Below, one piece after another: positions 34,680 through 49,439 of a DNA stretch of 64,000 bases; position 1 is the stretch's first letter; each line of letters starts with the position of its first letter. The stretch spans positions 22,754,001 through 22,818,000 of the forward strand of contig OZ024764.1 of NCBI GenBank assembly GCA_964016885.1. The letters are read 5' to 3'. Position numbers and translations under genes: made by a program. Source of the DNA: Eledone cirrhosa. Its lineage: Eukaryota. The notes under the pieces were generated by a model. It did no database searches, was not told where the DNA came from, and saw nothing but the letters and a program-made list of their open reading frames with translations.

Positions 34680-36744
34680 ATTATGTCTATTAATATTGTA
34701 GATTTAAGCTCACTTTTCACATCACAAATATATATTTTCTTGTTTGTTTCATTACTGGAAATATAAAATGTTATCGTAATTATCTATATTTTACCTACCT
34801 CTAATTAATTAAAGTGAAAACTTTTGTTGTTCTGAAAAATAAATTAACAAAACTAAATATTTAAATATTCTAAAATATCGTTTTTATATTATGTGATGAT
34901 ATAATTAATATATTTTATTACAATTGTATAAATTTACAGTAGAATAACGTTGTAAATATGTTTTAAATATATACGTAAATAACATAAGTGTGTAAATAAC
35001 ATTATAAATTGCTGGCAATTCCATGAGAAAGACATTACAAATATATTGTCTAAACTGTGTATAATAATCTAATTTATTGAACAATAATGATAAAGGAAAG
35101 AAAAACACAGTGGGAGATGGCAATTGACCACCAAGTGTGATAATAGGCCACACCTCACACCTTAAGGGTTAACTTCACACTTTGAGGCAAGCCAACACAC
35201 TGGCAGCATTACTAAGGTGTTGAAATAACCAGGTACCCTCACGGGTATCACCTGACACCTCGGTAAGGTGAGGCTAAGGTGCTGAAATAACCAGGTACCC
35301 TCACGGGTAGCACCTGGTACCTCGGTAAGGTGAGGCTAAGGTGTTGAAATAACCAGGTACCCTCACGGGTATCACCTAACACCTCGGTAAGGTGAGGCTA
35401 AGGTGCTGAAATAACCAGCTACCCTCACGAGTATTTTCTCTGGACCCCTCAGATACTTGCAATAGACGTTTTATTCCCCAGTATTAGGGTTAGGGTTTCC
35501 GTTTTCAGGAAGAATAGTCGATTGCAAACATCTAAGAGGTCTAGAAATAAAATTAAGGAAAGATAATTATTTCCCAGCCAACTGGAGAAGTGTGTAGCTC
35601 TTCTAAACTCTGATAATCCTGTCTCCCACTTCTTTATCTACAAGTCTAGTCGTTTCCTGCTACTTTGAAGGCCCTATTAGGGTTAGGGTTTCCCTTTGAA
35701 GGTAAATTGTGAATCAGTTATTTTTAAACAAACTACCAAAGAAGTGATCTCACAGTAACTGTGTTGGATTTAATCAACTTATTCCCCCCAAACATTGTCG
35801 ACCTTGTGTCTAAATCAGAAACTATTATTAGATCTTAAATCAACCCCGTAAAGATGAAGGGCAAAGCTAACCTCGGCGGGATTTCAACCCTTTATGTTAT
35901 GAGTTCAAATCCCACCAAAGTTAACTTTGTCTTTCATTCTAACGGGGTGGATAAATTAAAGTTCCAGTAATCTAATGGGGTCTGAGATATTAACGTTTGA
36001 GTAGATTCTATCTTTTTGTTTGTTTGTATTTATAATCTTACTAGAAACCCTGTGACCTGTTGGGTCGCGTTCCCTTTAAAAATAATATTTAAATAATTAA
36101 AATATACACAGACATGTCTATAATCTAAAATGAAATTAGTAGTTAGGCCCATGTATATATATATATATGCGTGTGTGTATATATATATGTGTGTGTGTGT
36201 ATATATATATGTCACAGACACACACACACAAGTCGCTTGTTATAATTTTAAAATTTCGTTCAACAACACCAACAGCTATCTCTCTCACACACCCATTATC
36301 TTTCTCTCTCTATTTATGAAGGTACCAGAAAAACGCCATATCTCGGGAACCTGTGCTCTGATCTACGTGAAACTTATTTTTTCCCATTTCAGGGTCAACT
36401 TACTTTCAAACTATTTCCCCATTATGCCCCGTTTTGGCTGTATTACATTACAGACAAGACACAATCACAGAGTTTTAGGTTTATAATGTTATAGTATCAT
36501 GATAGGGTAATACAGTTATTTATAGACCTGTGGTAGATGTTGGTTCAGTCCACTCTGGGGGTGTTAGTGTTGGTTCAGTCCACCCTGGGGAGTGTTAGTG
36601 TTGGTTCAGTCCACCCTGGGGGGTGTTAGTGTTGGTTCAGTCCACCCTGGTGGGTGTTAGTGTTGGTTCAGTCCACCCTGGGGAGTGTTAGTGTTGGTTC
36701 AGTCCACCCTGGGGGGTGTTAGTGTTGGTCAATGATAACCTTTA

Positions 36745-39084
36745 TAATTAGAGGCCTGTTGGTGAGGAAAGCCCGTCCTTATTCTAGATATTATGGCCCC
36801 ACAACACCCTCCCCTCTTGCTAATCTGATCACCTAGGTATCAGAAGCTATCAACCACCTCTATAGATCCTTCCTGCATTTGAAAAGTGTGTCTATCACTG
36901 CGACTTCTACTGTCAAATTTCCCTGTACATCTACTGCATATGTAGTTTTCCCTACCTGTTAGTTTGCCTGCTATCCCACTACATCTCTTGTGTGCCCAGG
37001 ATCTGCATTGTGTACATTATAGAACTTATGCCAGTTCCTTTTCTACATATCGAACAAGGCCATTTCCCTGATGGAATGACAGTTTTGTCCTCTTTTCTAC
37101 TCATCAACACTTTTGTCTTAGCTAGGTTCACTCTCAGTCCTCTTGATTCCAACTGCTGTTGCAATAGCCAGAATTTATTCTCTAGCTCCTCTACTGATTC
37201 TGCTATAAGAACCAGATCGTCAGCTTAGAGAAGTTCCCATGGGCAGCCAGTCTTAAACTCTTCTGTTATGACTTGGAGGACTCTAATGAACAAGAGCGGG
37301 CTGAGGACCGAAACCTGATGTACTCCTACTTGTATTCTGGAATTCCTCACTAAACTCCATGCCTACCCTCACTTTACTGACAGTACCTCTGTACATAGCT
37401 TGCACTGTCCTCACAAGCCATTCCTCTACACCTAGTTTCCTTAGGGACCACCAGATGACAGATTGGGGTACTCTATAAAAGGCCTTCTCTAGGTCAACAA
37501 AAACTAAGTATAGTGGTTTTCTTCTCTAAGAACCTCTCTTGTAGTTGTCTCACTAAGAAGAGGGCATCTGTTTGACCCTTTCTCTAAGTTGCGCTAGTAT
37601 TCTTTCTGTCACTTTCATAACCTGATCCATCAGTTTTATACCCCTATAATTACTCCCCTCCAGAACATCCCCTTTACCTTTACCTCAATTTATGAGAATA
37701 CTGCTGCACCAGTCTTTGGGGGTGACACCACCATATATAGCTTGATTAATGATGCATGCAACCAGTTTAATTCCTACTTCTCCTGATGCCTTCAGCATCT
37801 CAGCAACTATCCCCAACAGTCCAGCGGACCTACCATTTTTCATTTCCTTAATTGCCTCTTGGACCCTATAGTCGTCAATCTCAATAGCTGGTCCCTCTGG
37901 CGGGTCTACTGAGGGTAGTTTCTCTCCCTTTCATTCTCCACATTCATCAGTCTCTCATAATGACATTTCCAGGCCTCCTTTTTTTTGAGAATCAGTGACA
38001 CTAAGTGCACCAACATCCTGATTTACACTGACACACTGCCTTGCAATGTGGATCACCGCACATCTCTGATCTCCCTATCGCAGGACATTGGCAAACCTTC
38101 TCCTCTCAGCCTCCCTGCATGTTAAGTAAACCTGACATCTACCTTCTCTGTTAGCGGCTGTGTATCGGTCTCTACCCCTACCATTTTTCAAAGCCTTTTG
38201 TCTCTAATGGCTCTATCTACCGTGCTGTTCCACCACCAGGTCACCCTCTGTTTGGTTGGAGCTCTGCTCCAGCCACAAGTTTCTTCAGTAACCTGCAGTA
38301 AGTTGTAACGTAAGAAATTCCAATTATCATCCATGTCATACGACATTGAAGGGCTTTCCTAAATTTATATTTTAGTGAAAGGTCTTTTAGTTTCCAGACC
38401 TTCCTTTTTCAAACCTTCTTGTATGTCTCATTTTGTCTCTTGGGGGGTTACATTGTTCCCTGGGGTATGCCTTAGTATTTGACACCATCTATCTGTCTTA
38501 CTCCCTAACTAGCAAGAAGTAAATCTGGCTCATGTGCTCACCTGATTGGTAGGTTATTAGGTGGTTGGTAGGTTTCTTGAAGTGTTGTAAATGGTTAGTT
38601 CACTTGCATCACAAAATACAAGAAGCCTCACTCCTTCTTCGTTTCTTGAGTCATAACCATGACCACCATGTACCCCAGTATATCCATCCTCGAACTGTCC
38701 AACATGACCATTGAAGTCCCCTGCTATTATAACTAGGTCTCTGTCATTGTGGTTATCTCTACTTATTCCTTTTCTACATATGGAGCAGGGCTACTTTCCT
38801 GAAGGGGTCAGGGTCTTCTCTCCTATCCATTAGCACTTTAGTTTTGGCTAAGTATATTCTCAGAACTTACCATTTCAAATTCTATATCTATAGTTGGTCA
38901 TCTACATAGAGAAGTTTCCATAGACAGCCAGTCTTAAACCTCTCTGTTATGGCTTGGAGAACTATGATGAACAACAGTGGGCTAAGAACTAAACCATGAT
39001 GAACTCCTACCTGTACCTTCAATTCCTCACTAAACACACTTTACTGACAGCTTCTCACAAGCCATTCTTCTACACCTAATTTCT
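36745..39084 (-). mobile_element. RTE-like LINE, duplicate of 7965-10294
   Basis: Colinear match; ORF 36979..37164 contains GKWPCSIC. Confidence 0.85.
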
Positions 39085-39296
39085 TTAACCCTTTAGTATA
39101 TAAACTGGCCATATCTGGCCAGAATTGTCTCATGTCTTTCTGTTCAAACTGGCCGTAACTGGTCACTTATACTTATGTTAAGGTATTGTTCTCAAAATAA
39201 GTAACATCAAAATCTCATAGATTTGATATTATGAGTGATAAAGCATTTACTGTGAAAATATAATAGTAAATATAGAGTAATGTGAATACTAAAGGG

Positions 39297-39398
39297 TTAA
39301 TCTGATGTCACTAATAACTACTTTTATCTGTCAGTTTAATCTAATGTCACTAGTAACTACTTTTATCAGTCAGTTTAATCTACTACCACTAATAACTA
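39297..39398 (+). repeat. 39-bp minisatellite, ~2.6 copies
   Basis: Same unit as 10507-10803. Confidence 0.9.
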
Positions 39399-39753
39399 AC
39401 CTATGTTAGTCAGCACATTCTTCACCAAAGAAGGCCTTAGTATTTATTACAGTCCATTTATCAATATAGAAATATTATATGAAATTTGTACTGATGTATT
39501 ACAAGTTTCTCAGTATCTTATAATGTTCTTTTATTATTTCAGAATACCAGAGGACATTGGCATTAAAGAGCACGTTACATCAGACATATCCTCAACATTA
39601 ACCATTTCTAATGAAATACACTAACCATCATTTTCAAATAATTTTGAAAACACTCAACACTTTGAAGTGATTTAGTAATATAACTAAATTTCTCAGTATT
39701 AAGGTGTGAATTATGTGAGAAACTGAGGTGATTGATATCTTTTAGTAGGAGAT

Positions 39754-41193
39754 ATGTCGAAAAATATAGTAAAATCACAATTCCACTGTGATATCTGTGG
39801 TAAATCATTCTCTCGTAGTAATCACCTAACTACTCACAAACGTATTCATACAGGAGAGAAGCCATATCACTGTGATATCTGTGGTAAATCATTCAGTCGC
39901 AGTAATACCTTAACTAATCACAAACATATTCATACAGGAGAGAAACCATATCACTGTGATATCTGTGGTAAAACGTTCTCTAAAAATAATAACCTAACTA
40001 CTCACAAACGTATTCATACAGGAGAGAACCCATATCACTGTGATGTCTGTGGTAAATCATTCACTTGTAGTCATCACCTAACTACTCACAAACGTATTCA
40101 TACAGGAGAGAAGCCATATCACTGTGATATCTGTGGTAAATCATTCAGTGACAGTAGTAGCTTCAGAGTTCACAAACAAATTCATACAGGAGAGAAACCA
40201 TATCACTGTGACATCTGTGGTAAAACGTTCTCTAAAAACAATAGCGTAACTACTCACAAACGTATTCATACAGGAGAGAAGCCATATCAATGTGACATCT
40301 GTGATAAATCATTCTCTCAAAGTAGTCACCTAACTACTCACAAACGTATTCATACAGGAGAGAAGCCATATCAATGTGATATCGGTGATAAATCATTCAG
40401 TGACAGTAGTAGCTTCAGAGTTCACAAACAAATTCATACAGGAGAGAAGCCACATCACTGTGACATCTGTGGTACATCATTCAGTCACAAAAGTAACTTA
40501 ACTACCCACAAACGTATTCATACAGGAGAGAAGCCATATCAGTGTGATATCTGTGGTAAATCATTCTCTCGTAATAACCTAACTACTCACAGACGTATTC
40601 ATACAGGAGAGAAACCATATCACTGTGATATCTGTGGTAAAACATTCACTAAAAATAATAACCTAACTACTCACAAACGTATTCATACAGGAGAGAACCC
40701 ATATCATTGTGATATCTGTGGTAAATCATTCTCTCAGAGTAATCAGCTAACTTCTCACAAACGTATTCATACAGGAGAGAAGCCATATCACTGTGACATC
40801 TGTGATAAATCATTCTCTCATAGTAAAACCTTAACTACCCACAAACGTACTCATACAGGAGAGAAGCCATATCACTGTGATATCTGTGATAAATCATTCT
40901 CTCAGCATAAAACCTTAACTATCCACAAACGTACTCATACAGGAGAGAAGCCATATCACTGTGACATCTGTGGTAAATCATTCTCTCATAGTAATACCTT
41001 AGCTATCCACAAACGTACTCATACAGGAGAGAAGCCATATCATTGTGACATCTGTGGTAAATCATTCGCTGACAGAACTAGCTTAGCTACCCACAAACGT
41101 ACTCATACAGGAGAGATTTACCTCATCTGTGGTAAATCATTCTCTCTTAGAGGTAACTTAACCAAGCATGTGCGTATTCATACAGAAGTTTAG
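39754..41193 (+). CDS. Poly-C2H2 zinc-finger protein (cassette A2), 479 aa, 17 finger repeats (finger 8 Cys->Gly, finger 10 one residue short, finger 17 lacks the first Cys)
   Basis: Tandem C2H2/TGEKP repeats; acceptor at 39542|39543. Confidence 0.95.
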   Translation: MSKNIVKSQFHCDICGKSFSRSNHLTTHKRIHTGEKPYHCDICGKSFSRSNTLTNHKHIHTGEKPYHCDICGKTFSKNNNLTTHKRIHTGENPYHCDVCGKSFTCSHHLTTHKRIHTGEKPYHCDICGKSFSDSSSFRVHKQIHTGEKPYHCDICGKTFSKNNSVTTHKRIHTGEKPYQCDICDKSFSQSSHLTTHKRIHTGEKPYQCDIGDKSFSDSSSFRVHKQIHTGEKPHHCDICGTSFSHKSNLTTHKRIHTGEKPYQCDICGKSFSRNNLTTHRRIHTGEKPYHCDICGKTFTKNNNLTTHKRIHTGENPYHCDICGKSFSQSNQLTSHKRIHTGEKPYHCDICDKSFSHSKTLTTHKRTHTGEKPYHCDICDKSFSQHKTLTIHKRTHTGEKPYHCDICGKSFSHSNTLAIHKRTHTGEKPYHCDICGKSFADRTSLATHKRTHTGEIYLICGKSFSLRGNLTKHVRIHTEV

Positions 41194-41849
41194 CTGTATC
41201 AATATCAAACTCATTACATCATACTACAACAACAACAACAACAATTGTGTAGATGCATCCTCCTTGCTAAAACTGGGGTTAACCTTGTAGGTTTTACCTA
41301 TGACAGGGATCATAAACACCAGGTTTCCATTTTTGAAGTAGTGTTTGAAGATTTTGTGTAAATTAAAGTTTTTCACATTAAACTTTCATTTATTATACTT
41401 TAACAGGTAAGGTATATATTTGTATTTTTAGTAAAGGTTGGGAACTTCTGTAATTTAAACCTGCCAATAAAATGAAAACTTTTGTTGTTGCTAGTCTGAC
41501 ATTGATATTAATTCTATTGTCCTGTACATTGTCTCAAATATCACAGATTAAACAGATTTTAACAATAACAACAGAAATCAATAACTTGTAAGCCTAATAT
41601 CTAGCTTCCATTTTAACCATTTGATATTGTTGTTCCCCTCCTGTCTCTTTAGGTCTTTTAGATTTCAACTTCTATCTACTGTACTATTCCATCACCAAGG
41701 CAACATTCATCTGGCTGGCAGCTTACATCAACTACAGATCTCATCAGTGGTTCACAACAGGCTGTCTGAAAGAAACTTGCTGATATCTTCTATGTCATAG
41801 CTATCAATCTCCTCCTCCTTATCATATGTATCATGTAGAACATCTCTGA

Positions 41850-42590
41850 ATTTATATTTAACAGGGAGATCTTTTACTGTCCCTACCCTTTTCTCTAGGT
41901 TGTCTTGTACCTCTCTCACAGTCCCTCTAGATCTTATATTTAACAGGGAGATCTTTTACTATCCCTACCCTTTTCTATAGGTTGTCTTGTACCAGTCTCA
42001 CAGTCCCTCTAGATCTTATATTTAACAGGGAGATCTTTTACTGTTCCTACCCTTTTCTCTAGGTTGTCTTGTATCTCTCTCACTGTCTCTCTAGATCTTA
42101 TATTTAACAGGGAGATGTTTTACTATCCCTACCCTTTTCTCTAGGTGGTGTTGTACCTCTCTCACAGTCCCTCTAGATCTTATATTTAACAGGGAGATCT
42201 TTTAATATCCCTACCCTTTCCTCTAGGTTGTCTTGTACCACTCTCACAGTCCCTCTAGATCTTATATTTAACGGGGAGATTCTTTACTGTCTCTACTCTT
42301 TTCTCTAGGTTGTCTTGTACCTCTCTCACAGTCCCTATATATATCTTATATTTAACAGGGAGATTTTTTACTATCCCTACCCTTTTCTCCAGATTGTCTT
42401 GTATCTCTTTTACAGTCCCTCTAGATCTTATATTTAACAGGGAGATCTTTTACTAGCCCTACCCTTTTCTCTAGGTTTTCTTTTACCTCTCTCACAGTCC
42501 CTGTAGATCTTATATTTAACAGGGAGATCTTTTAGTCTCCAACCCTTCTATCTCCAGATAGTCTTGTATCTGTCAGTCCCTCTAGATATT
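41850..42590 (+). repeat. 82-bp tandem repeat, ~9 copies
   Basis: Same unit as 27828-28104. Confidence 0.9.
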
Positions 42591-42647
42591 ACACCTAGTA
42601 TCTAGTCTATGTTTTCTAAATATCTTAATGTTTCTCTACTATTTCAG

Positions 42648-43004
42648 AATATCACATGACCTTGACAGAAAAGAGTCTTTTAAAGACAGCAGAAAGATGT
42701 TACATTCAAGTGATATAAACTTATTTAGTCTGTGGTGAAATATTTCTTCTGAATTGAGATAAATAACAACGTTTTCCTTTTTCACTGTCTGGAATATTTA
42801 CAAGATGATTTTACGTTCTGATTAAACTTTGGATATTTACAAAGGAGTTTTCAAAATTTTTGGATATTGACAAAGATCACATTTGATAAAATTATGAACA
42901 ATAGAAATATTTACATCAACATAGGAATATTTTCCAGAAGAGATGGGAAAATCATTATACCACTGTAATATTTGTGGTAAAATATTCTCTCTTCTTCATA
43001 TGTA
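42648..43004 (+). pseudogene. Decayed ZF-exon relic downstream of A2
   Basis: Paralog of 28382-28749, ending MGKSLYHCNICGKIFSLLHM*. Confidence 0.8.
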
Positions 43005-43133
43005 GAACATCTAACTAAACACTTTAACTAACAAACTATTGTGCTATAGAATTGACAAACTTGAGGAATGTTTAATAAATGTCACAGATTTCTCCAAACT
43101 GTCGTTTACTAACTTTAATTTGAAGCTATGTTA

Positions 43134-43362
43134 TCTATATACTACTAAAACTCTGTGATTGTGTCTTGTCTGTAATTTAATACATCTAAAACAGTGCATA
43201 ATGGGGAAATACTTTGAAAAGAATAAAACAAGTTTTGTATAAAATGGAGCACAGGTTCCCAAGATACGGGATTTCTGGGTACCTTGATAACTATAGGGAG
43301 GGAAAGAGATAGTGGTTGTGAGAGAGAGGGAGCTGGTGGTGTTGTTTAATAAAACATGTGTG

Positions 43363-43400
<38 letters not shown>

Positions 43401-43485
43401 CGTATGTGTATATTTTAACTATTTTAATATGACTTTAAAAAATAGTTTTAAGGCAACGTGACCCAACAGGTCCCGGGTGGTCTAG
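43134..43485 (+). mobile_element. Non-autonomous Helitron
   Basis: A|TC...hairpin...CTAG|T; paralog of 28878-29272. Confidence 0.8.
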
Positions 43486-44340
43486 TTTGTTACTAAATAC
43501 TAGATATTAGAGGGTCATGTTCTAGATGTGCTGGAAGAGCTATTCCATCTCGTGAGGCTCACACCAGCAGCTAGCCACCTCAGCACCTATGGTGGTATAT
43601 TTATTATATTATTTATTCTTTATCATTAACATTAATATAAAAGATAATTATATATTTTTTAGAGAAGAACCTCTAACTTCATATAGCTTAGGGCTTCAGT
43701 AGGTAAAAGTCTGGCCCTGCTTGTCTTGTATTTTTTAGGGGAGAAGTTAGGGAATACTGTTATTGTGTGAAAGTTTTCTAAATCTTCTTCAGCCACTAAC
43801 ATGGAGAAGATATTTCAGTAAGAAGGTTCACATCCTGACATCTATAGCTGTTAACAATGAGATTGGAATTCATTATTAAACAAATGTTATATCATCATCA
43901 CTGTTTTACATCAGTTTTTCCACGCTGGCATGGGTTAGACGAGTTATCCTGTTGTAAGCAATGCCAGGTCAGGTGACCACGTGTTGCTCCTACAAAACCA
44001 ATTTTGGTTTGGTTTCTACAGCTGGATGCCCTTCCCTGCACCAACCTTATTTACATTGAGTACTGGGTGCTTTTTACTATCTCACCAACTCGACCACTTC
44101 ACAGTGTGGGCTGGGTACTTTTTTACTTTTTGTCATGGCACCTACATGACCACTTTACAGTGAGTACTGGGTACTTTTTATCGTGACACCTACATGACCA
44201 CTTTACAGTGTGGATTGGGTACTTTTTGTCATGACACCTACACAACCTCTTTACAGTGTTGGCAGTGAAATCTAATGCGCCAGCTTCAGTAATCAGAACA
44301 TACATATACACACACACAAACAGAAATATATATATATATT

Positions 44341-46411
44341 CAGTGGTACTTTGACTTACAAGTGTCCCAACTAATAAGTTTTTCGAGATACGAGCCCTCT
44401 TTCGGCTGATTTTTTGCATTGAGTTCCAGAGTAAAATTCGGGTTACGAGTCAGCTTCAGATGCCCCGCCACTAGTTGGCATAGTGACCGCCACAGGCAAT
44501 ACCGTAACACCCGCCCGGCATCCCATGGCTTCGAAGAAAGTGAGGGCGAAGGACAGTTCTGAGAAGAAGAAGCAGATGATGTGTATTGAATTAAAGAAAG
44601 AAATTATAGAAAAACATGACCAAGGTGTGTGTGTAGTGGACTTGGTGAAGTAGTACGAGCATAGCACTTCTATGATATGTACCATACTGAAGTAGAAGGA
44701 CTTGATAATGACTATAACCCCAGCTAAGGGTGGTAAAAGAATTTCTAAACAGCGGACATCTATCCATGAAAATGTGGAAAAGCTGCTGATGGTGTGGTTG
44801 ACGGAGAAGCAGCTCGCAAGAGATACTGTGATGAAGATTATAATATGTGAGAAGGCACGAGCCATTTACGCTGATTTGCTGCAGCAGACCCCAGGTACTT
44901 CTACGGACGAGCCATCGGCAAGCCCTTTAATGCCAGTCGGGGTTGGTTTGAGAATTTTAAAAAGAGGACCGGCATTCACTCCGTTGTCAGGCATGGTGAG
45001 GCAGCGAGCGCGGATATGAAGGCAGCTGAGGATTACCTCAAAACCTTTCCCTGAATTATAGCAGCCGAAGGATACATCCCTCAGCAAGTCTTTAACTGTG
45101 ATGAAACAGGACTTTTTGGGAAGAAGATGCCAAGGAGGACTTTTATAACGGCAGAGGAGAAGAGGATGCCTGGCCACAAACCCATGAAGGATAGGCTAAC
45201 CCTCGCACTGTGTGCCACTGAGCGGCGAGTGTAAGATTAAGTTGCCGCTCGTTTATCATTCAGAAAACTCCAGAACCTTTAAGTCACATAAGATTCTGAA
45301 AGAAAAACTGCAGGTTATGTGGAGGGCAAACCCGAGGTCATGGGTCACCAGGTAGTTCTTTGTGGAGTGGGTGAATTTGGTCTTTGGTCCTGACGTTAAA
45401 AAATATCTCCATGAAAATAACCTACCCCTGTAAACCCTTCTTGTCCTAGACAGTGCAACTGCTCACTCACCCACCCTCGAAGAGTTCAAGTTTATAAAGG
45501 TCCTCTACCTTCCACCAAACACCACCCCTATCCTACAGACCAAGGACCAGCAGGTACCTTCTAATTTCAAGAAGCTCTTCACCAAGCACCTGTTCAGTCG
45601 CTGCTTTGAAGTGACGGAGAGCACAAACTTCACCCTTGAGAGGTCTGGAAGGACCATTATAACATCGTGATATGCCTCAGAATTATCGATATGACATGGT
45701 AGGGTCTTACAAAGAGGACCTTGACCTCTACATGGAAGAAGCTGTGGCCTGAAGTTGTGTCTAAAACAGACTTTGAAAGACTCGAACCCGAAGCGGCAGT
45801 GGTGGAGGAGATTGTACCCCTCGGTAAGCCCATGGGCCTGGACATGGATGAAGGTGACATCAACGAGCTCATCGAGGAGCACCCCGAGGAAATGACAACG
45901 AAGGAATTAAAGGAGCTACAGACACAGCAATACACGGAGTTTTTGCAGGAAATAGGTGACACAGAGGAGGTTATCTCAACAAGTGAGATGAAACAAACCT
46001 TATTAGACAGGTTTTTATTGAAAATCCCTGCAGATAAAAGTGAGGAAAGCGTGGCGAAAAGAGCAAAAATCAGCGAATAAGATTCAGTTATTCAGTTCAT
46101 CCTTTCTCCTCCGTCAACATCCTCAAGTCGTCTGATCTCCAAGATAGATGCTGTACATTATACTTAATAAAACTAGTTTGTTGCAGTACATTCTATTGTA
46201 TTGTTTTTTGTATACAATATTTGTCATTTATAAGTACATTTTTCTTATTTAAAAACACGTAACAAAACAAACTGTGGTTTTTTTGGGGGTCTGGAACGGA
46301 TTAACGGCATTTTATTTTATTTCAGTGGGGAAAATTGATTTGACATACGAGTAATTTAAGTTACGAGGTCCTCCACGGAACAAATTAAACTCGTAAGTGA
46401 AGGTATCACAG
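44341..46411 (+). mobile_element. Tigger/pogo transposon, duplicate of 12840-14889
   Basis: Same TIRs and transposase fragments. Confidence 0.92.
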
Positions 46412-48180
46412 TGTGTGTGTGTATATATATAAATATATATGAAGGAACGATCGACTTTCGTCAAATCGGACCGAGGAAGCAATGTTTCCATTGGTCTTTG
46501 CAATTGCTAGTACTATCGGTCGCAACTCCAGGTAGAAGGAACAACGTGAAATAAAGTGTCTTGCTCAAGGTCATAACGCATCGCCTGGTCCAGGAATCGA
46601 ACTCACAACCTCAAGATATATATATATATATATAAATGAAGAATATAGAAATTATTGTAGCAAAAAGCCAACAGTATTCCATTATATATATGTATATATG
46701 TATATATAGTATAAAAGAGAAAACACAGGTAAGCATTAAGAGAAGGATTTTATCCAGGTATTTACGACCGTTTCATTGGTAAGTGCAACCTTATATTTCT
46801 ATCCTGCAAATAGCAGCCACTCAATTATAATTGTTGTTCACAGTCCAAATTTTCAAAATAGTAAGTTACTCTTGAAATAATTCTTAATATATAGAGAAAA
46901 ACATTTATTTGGAATTGTATTTACTAGTAGAGAGAGAGAGGAATCAGAAGGTGAGGGGACAGACGGAATAGTATAGAGAGAGAGGAAGGGGGAAGAGGTA
47001 GGAAGTAGAGTGACAAACTGAGATGGGGGGAGGGGTAGAGGTGGCAGGATTCTTTGGTCAGTTTTGATAGCAGACTTCATGTCGTGGAATGTAGTGAGTT
47101 AAAGAGAATTAAATTGATCATTTTTGGAGGGATGGATATATATATATATATATAGTTAAATATCAGACAGGAACAAAAAACAGGCAGTGCAAATGGTAGT
47201 TTATACCGAGAGAGAGACAGACAAACACATCTATACCCCTACTACAGTAAAACAAAACATATGTAAGGGGAGACAACTCTCGTTACATCCCCCCTTCTTT
47301 TTGATATACGTCCTTTACATACTTTGTTCAATGGAATCTGCTTTATTTTGTGTCCTAAGTAGATTTCTGTTTAATTATTTACGAGATTCACAATGATTCA
47401 CGTAACCAAGTTACTTACATAGAGATATATTTCACATAGAATCACAACAAATGAAAATATTAAGTCAACACTCTGTCAATCGGTCTCACGTCACATGGGG
47501 TGCCGGAGTCTCCCTCTAATACTTTCTGAGACAGTCTTACCTCGAGTGATAGCAAGGCTAAGATGTTGGAACTACCAAACACCCTCATATGTATCACCTG
47601 ACACCTCGGTAAGGAGAGCTGCCAACGATAACAAGAACCTCGTTGTCAGGGACCTATCTCCTCCAAACTTCTCCAACACCACAGACTAGAATATTCTACT
47701 CTTTATTCCCTATCAAATATATTTCAGTCTAGTCATTTATCTTGTATCTTGTATATGTATTTTCAAAACTAACTGTCACATTTGTAAGACCCCAGTTAGT
47801 GATGTTTTCGTCTCCCTCCCACATCCTACATGCTGTAGTAAAAGTGAGGGTCACTGCTTCTGTAGACGAACGAAATAAAAGCTAAACTACCAGTAATTAT
47901 CGGCAAAGTATTTATTCCAGTCTGTGATGTTTGAGAAGCTGGGCTGCCGACAACGAAGTTGTTGTCACTGTTGGCGGCTGGCTTTACCGAAGTACCCGAT
48001 GACTCTTGTGAGGATACTTAGCTGTTCTGGCGGTTTAGCCTCCACGTGACGCGATCTTACCGAGATACCCGGTGATCTCTGTAAGAGTACTTAGCTGTTC
48101 TATTTTAATTACATTTACTGTTTTCACCTTTATTTTTTTTTTATTACAAACTCTACATAATTTAATTCGGTAAAAATATT

Positions 48181-48325
48181 TTACGTCACAAAAAAACTTG
48201 ACCTTTGACATTGAAGCATGCGCAGTGGTGCAGTTGTCGACTTCCTGTCCACGTGTTAGTCTTCCTACAACATCATTTAGAAAACATTTCTGTAAATACT
48301 AAACACCTGAGACTATAATGTAAGT
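48181..48325 (+). promoter_or_regulatory. Putative promoter and non-coding exon 1 of cassette B2, donor GT at 48320
   Basis: Same motif cluster and donor as the other cassettes. Confidence 0.65.
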
Positions 48326-49439
48326 ATTATGTCTATTAATATTGTAGATTTAAGCTCACTTTTCACATCACAAATATATATTTTCTTGTTTGTTTCATTA
48401 CTGGAAATATAAAATGTTATCGTAATTATCTATATTTTACCTACCTCTAATTAATTAAAGTGAAAACTTTTGTTGTTGCTGAAAAATAAATTAACAAAAC
48501 TAAATATTTAAATATTCTAAAGGTCGTTTTTATATTATGTGATGATATAATTAATATATTTTATTACAATTGTATAAATTTACAGTAGAATAACGTTGTA
48601 AATATGTCTTAAATATATACATAAATAACATAAGTGTGTAAATAACATTATAAATTGCTGGCAATTCCTTGAGAAAGACATTACAAATATATTGTCTAAA
48701 CTGTGTATAATAATATAATTTATTGAACAATAATGATAAAGGAAAGAAAAACACAGTGGGAGATGGCAATTGACCACCAAACGAGGTAAACATTTTCAAC
48801 TTTCCCCTTTTTTTGCTTTGTCCGAGACAACTCAAAATATTCTTCAAGGAACTGGATTTTCCATTCGGTTGGATCGAACGGATTTTCCCATTTATAATCT
48901 ACGGAGAGGAATAACAGATGTTCGGAGGAAAAAAGAATTGTTTGTGGCAACAGCGTAGGGAACCAACCTGGAGCAATTGTATCACACAATTATACTTTCC
49001 TCCTTAACATACACTTACAATTTTTCAAAATCAAACCCCCCAAATATAAAATATAAATAATTATAAATGGCGAGGAACCATCCCATCTCCCTCTTGAAAT
49101 AACCTGAATCTATTTATAGTCAGGTGTGACTGAAAGGTCAATCCATACTTCCATTCTATTTCACAGAATTAGAAGCTTTGACCACTTGATAGAATTCAGG
49201 TCCAGTAATGTAATCACTCCGTAATTGTAAACATCTTGTATCACTATCATTCAGGTTTTGATTTTACTCAAGTCTTGCCCATGTTTTTTTTTTTTTTTTT
49301 CTTTTTTACACAAACTCACAATTTCGGTTTTTACTGCGGATTTACCCATGCGAACTATTACACAAACTCACAGCCTTAGATTTTGTATTTCTAGCGTTTT
49401 TATTTTCCTTCTCTTTGCACGTTCAGTGCTCTTTCTCTC

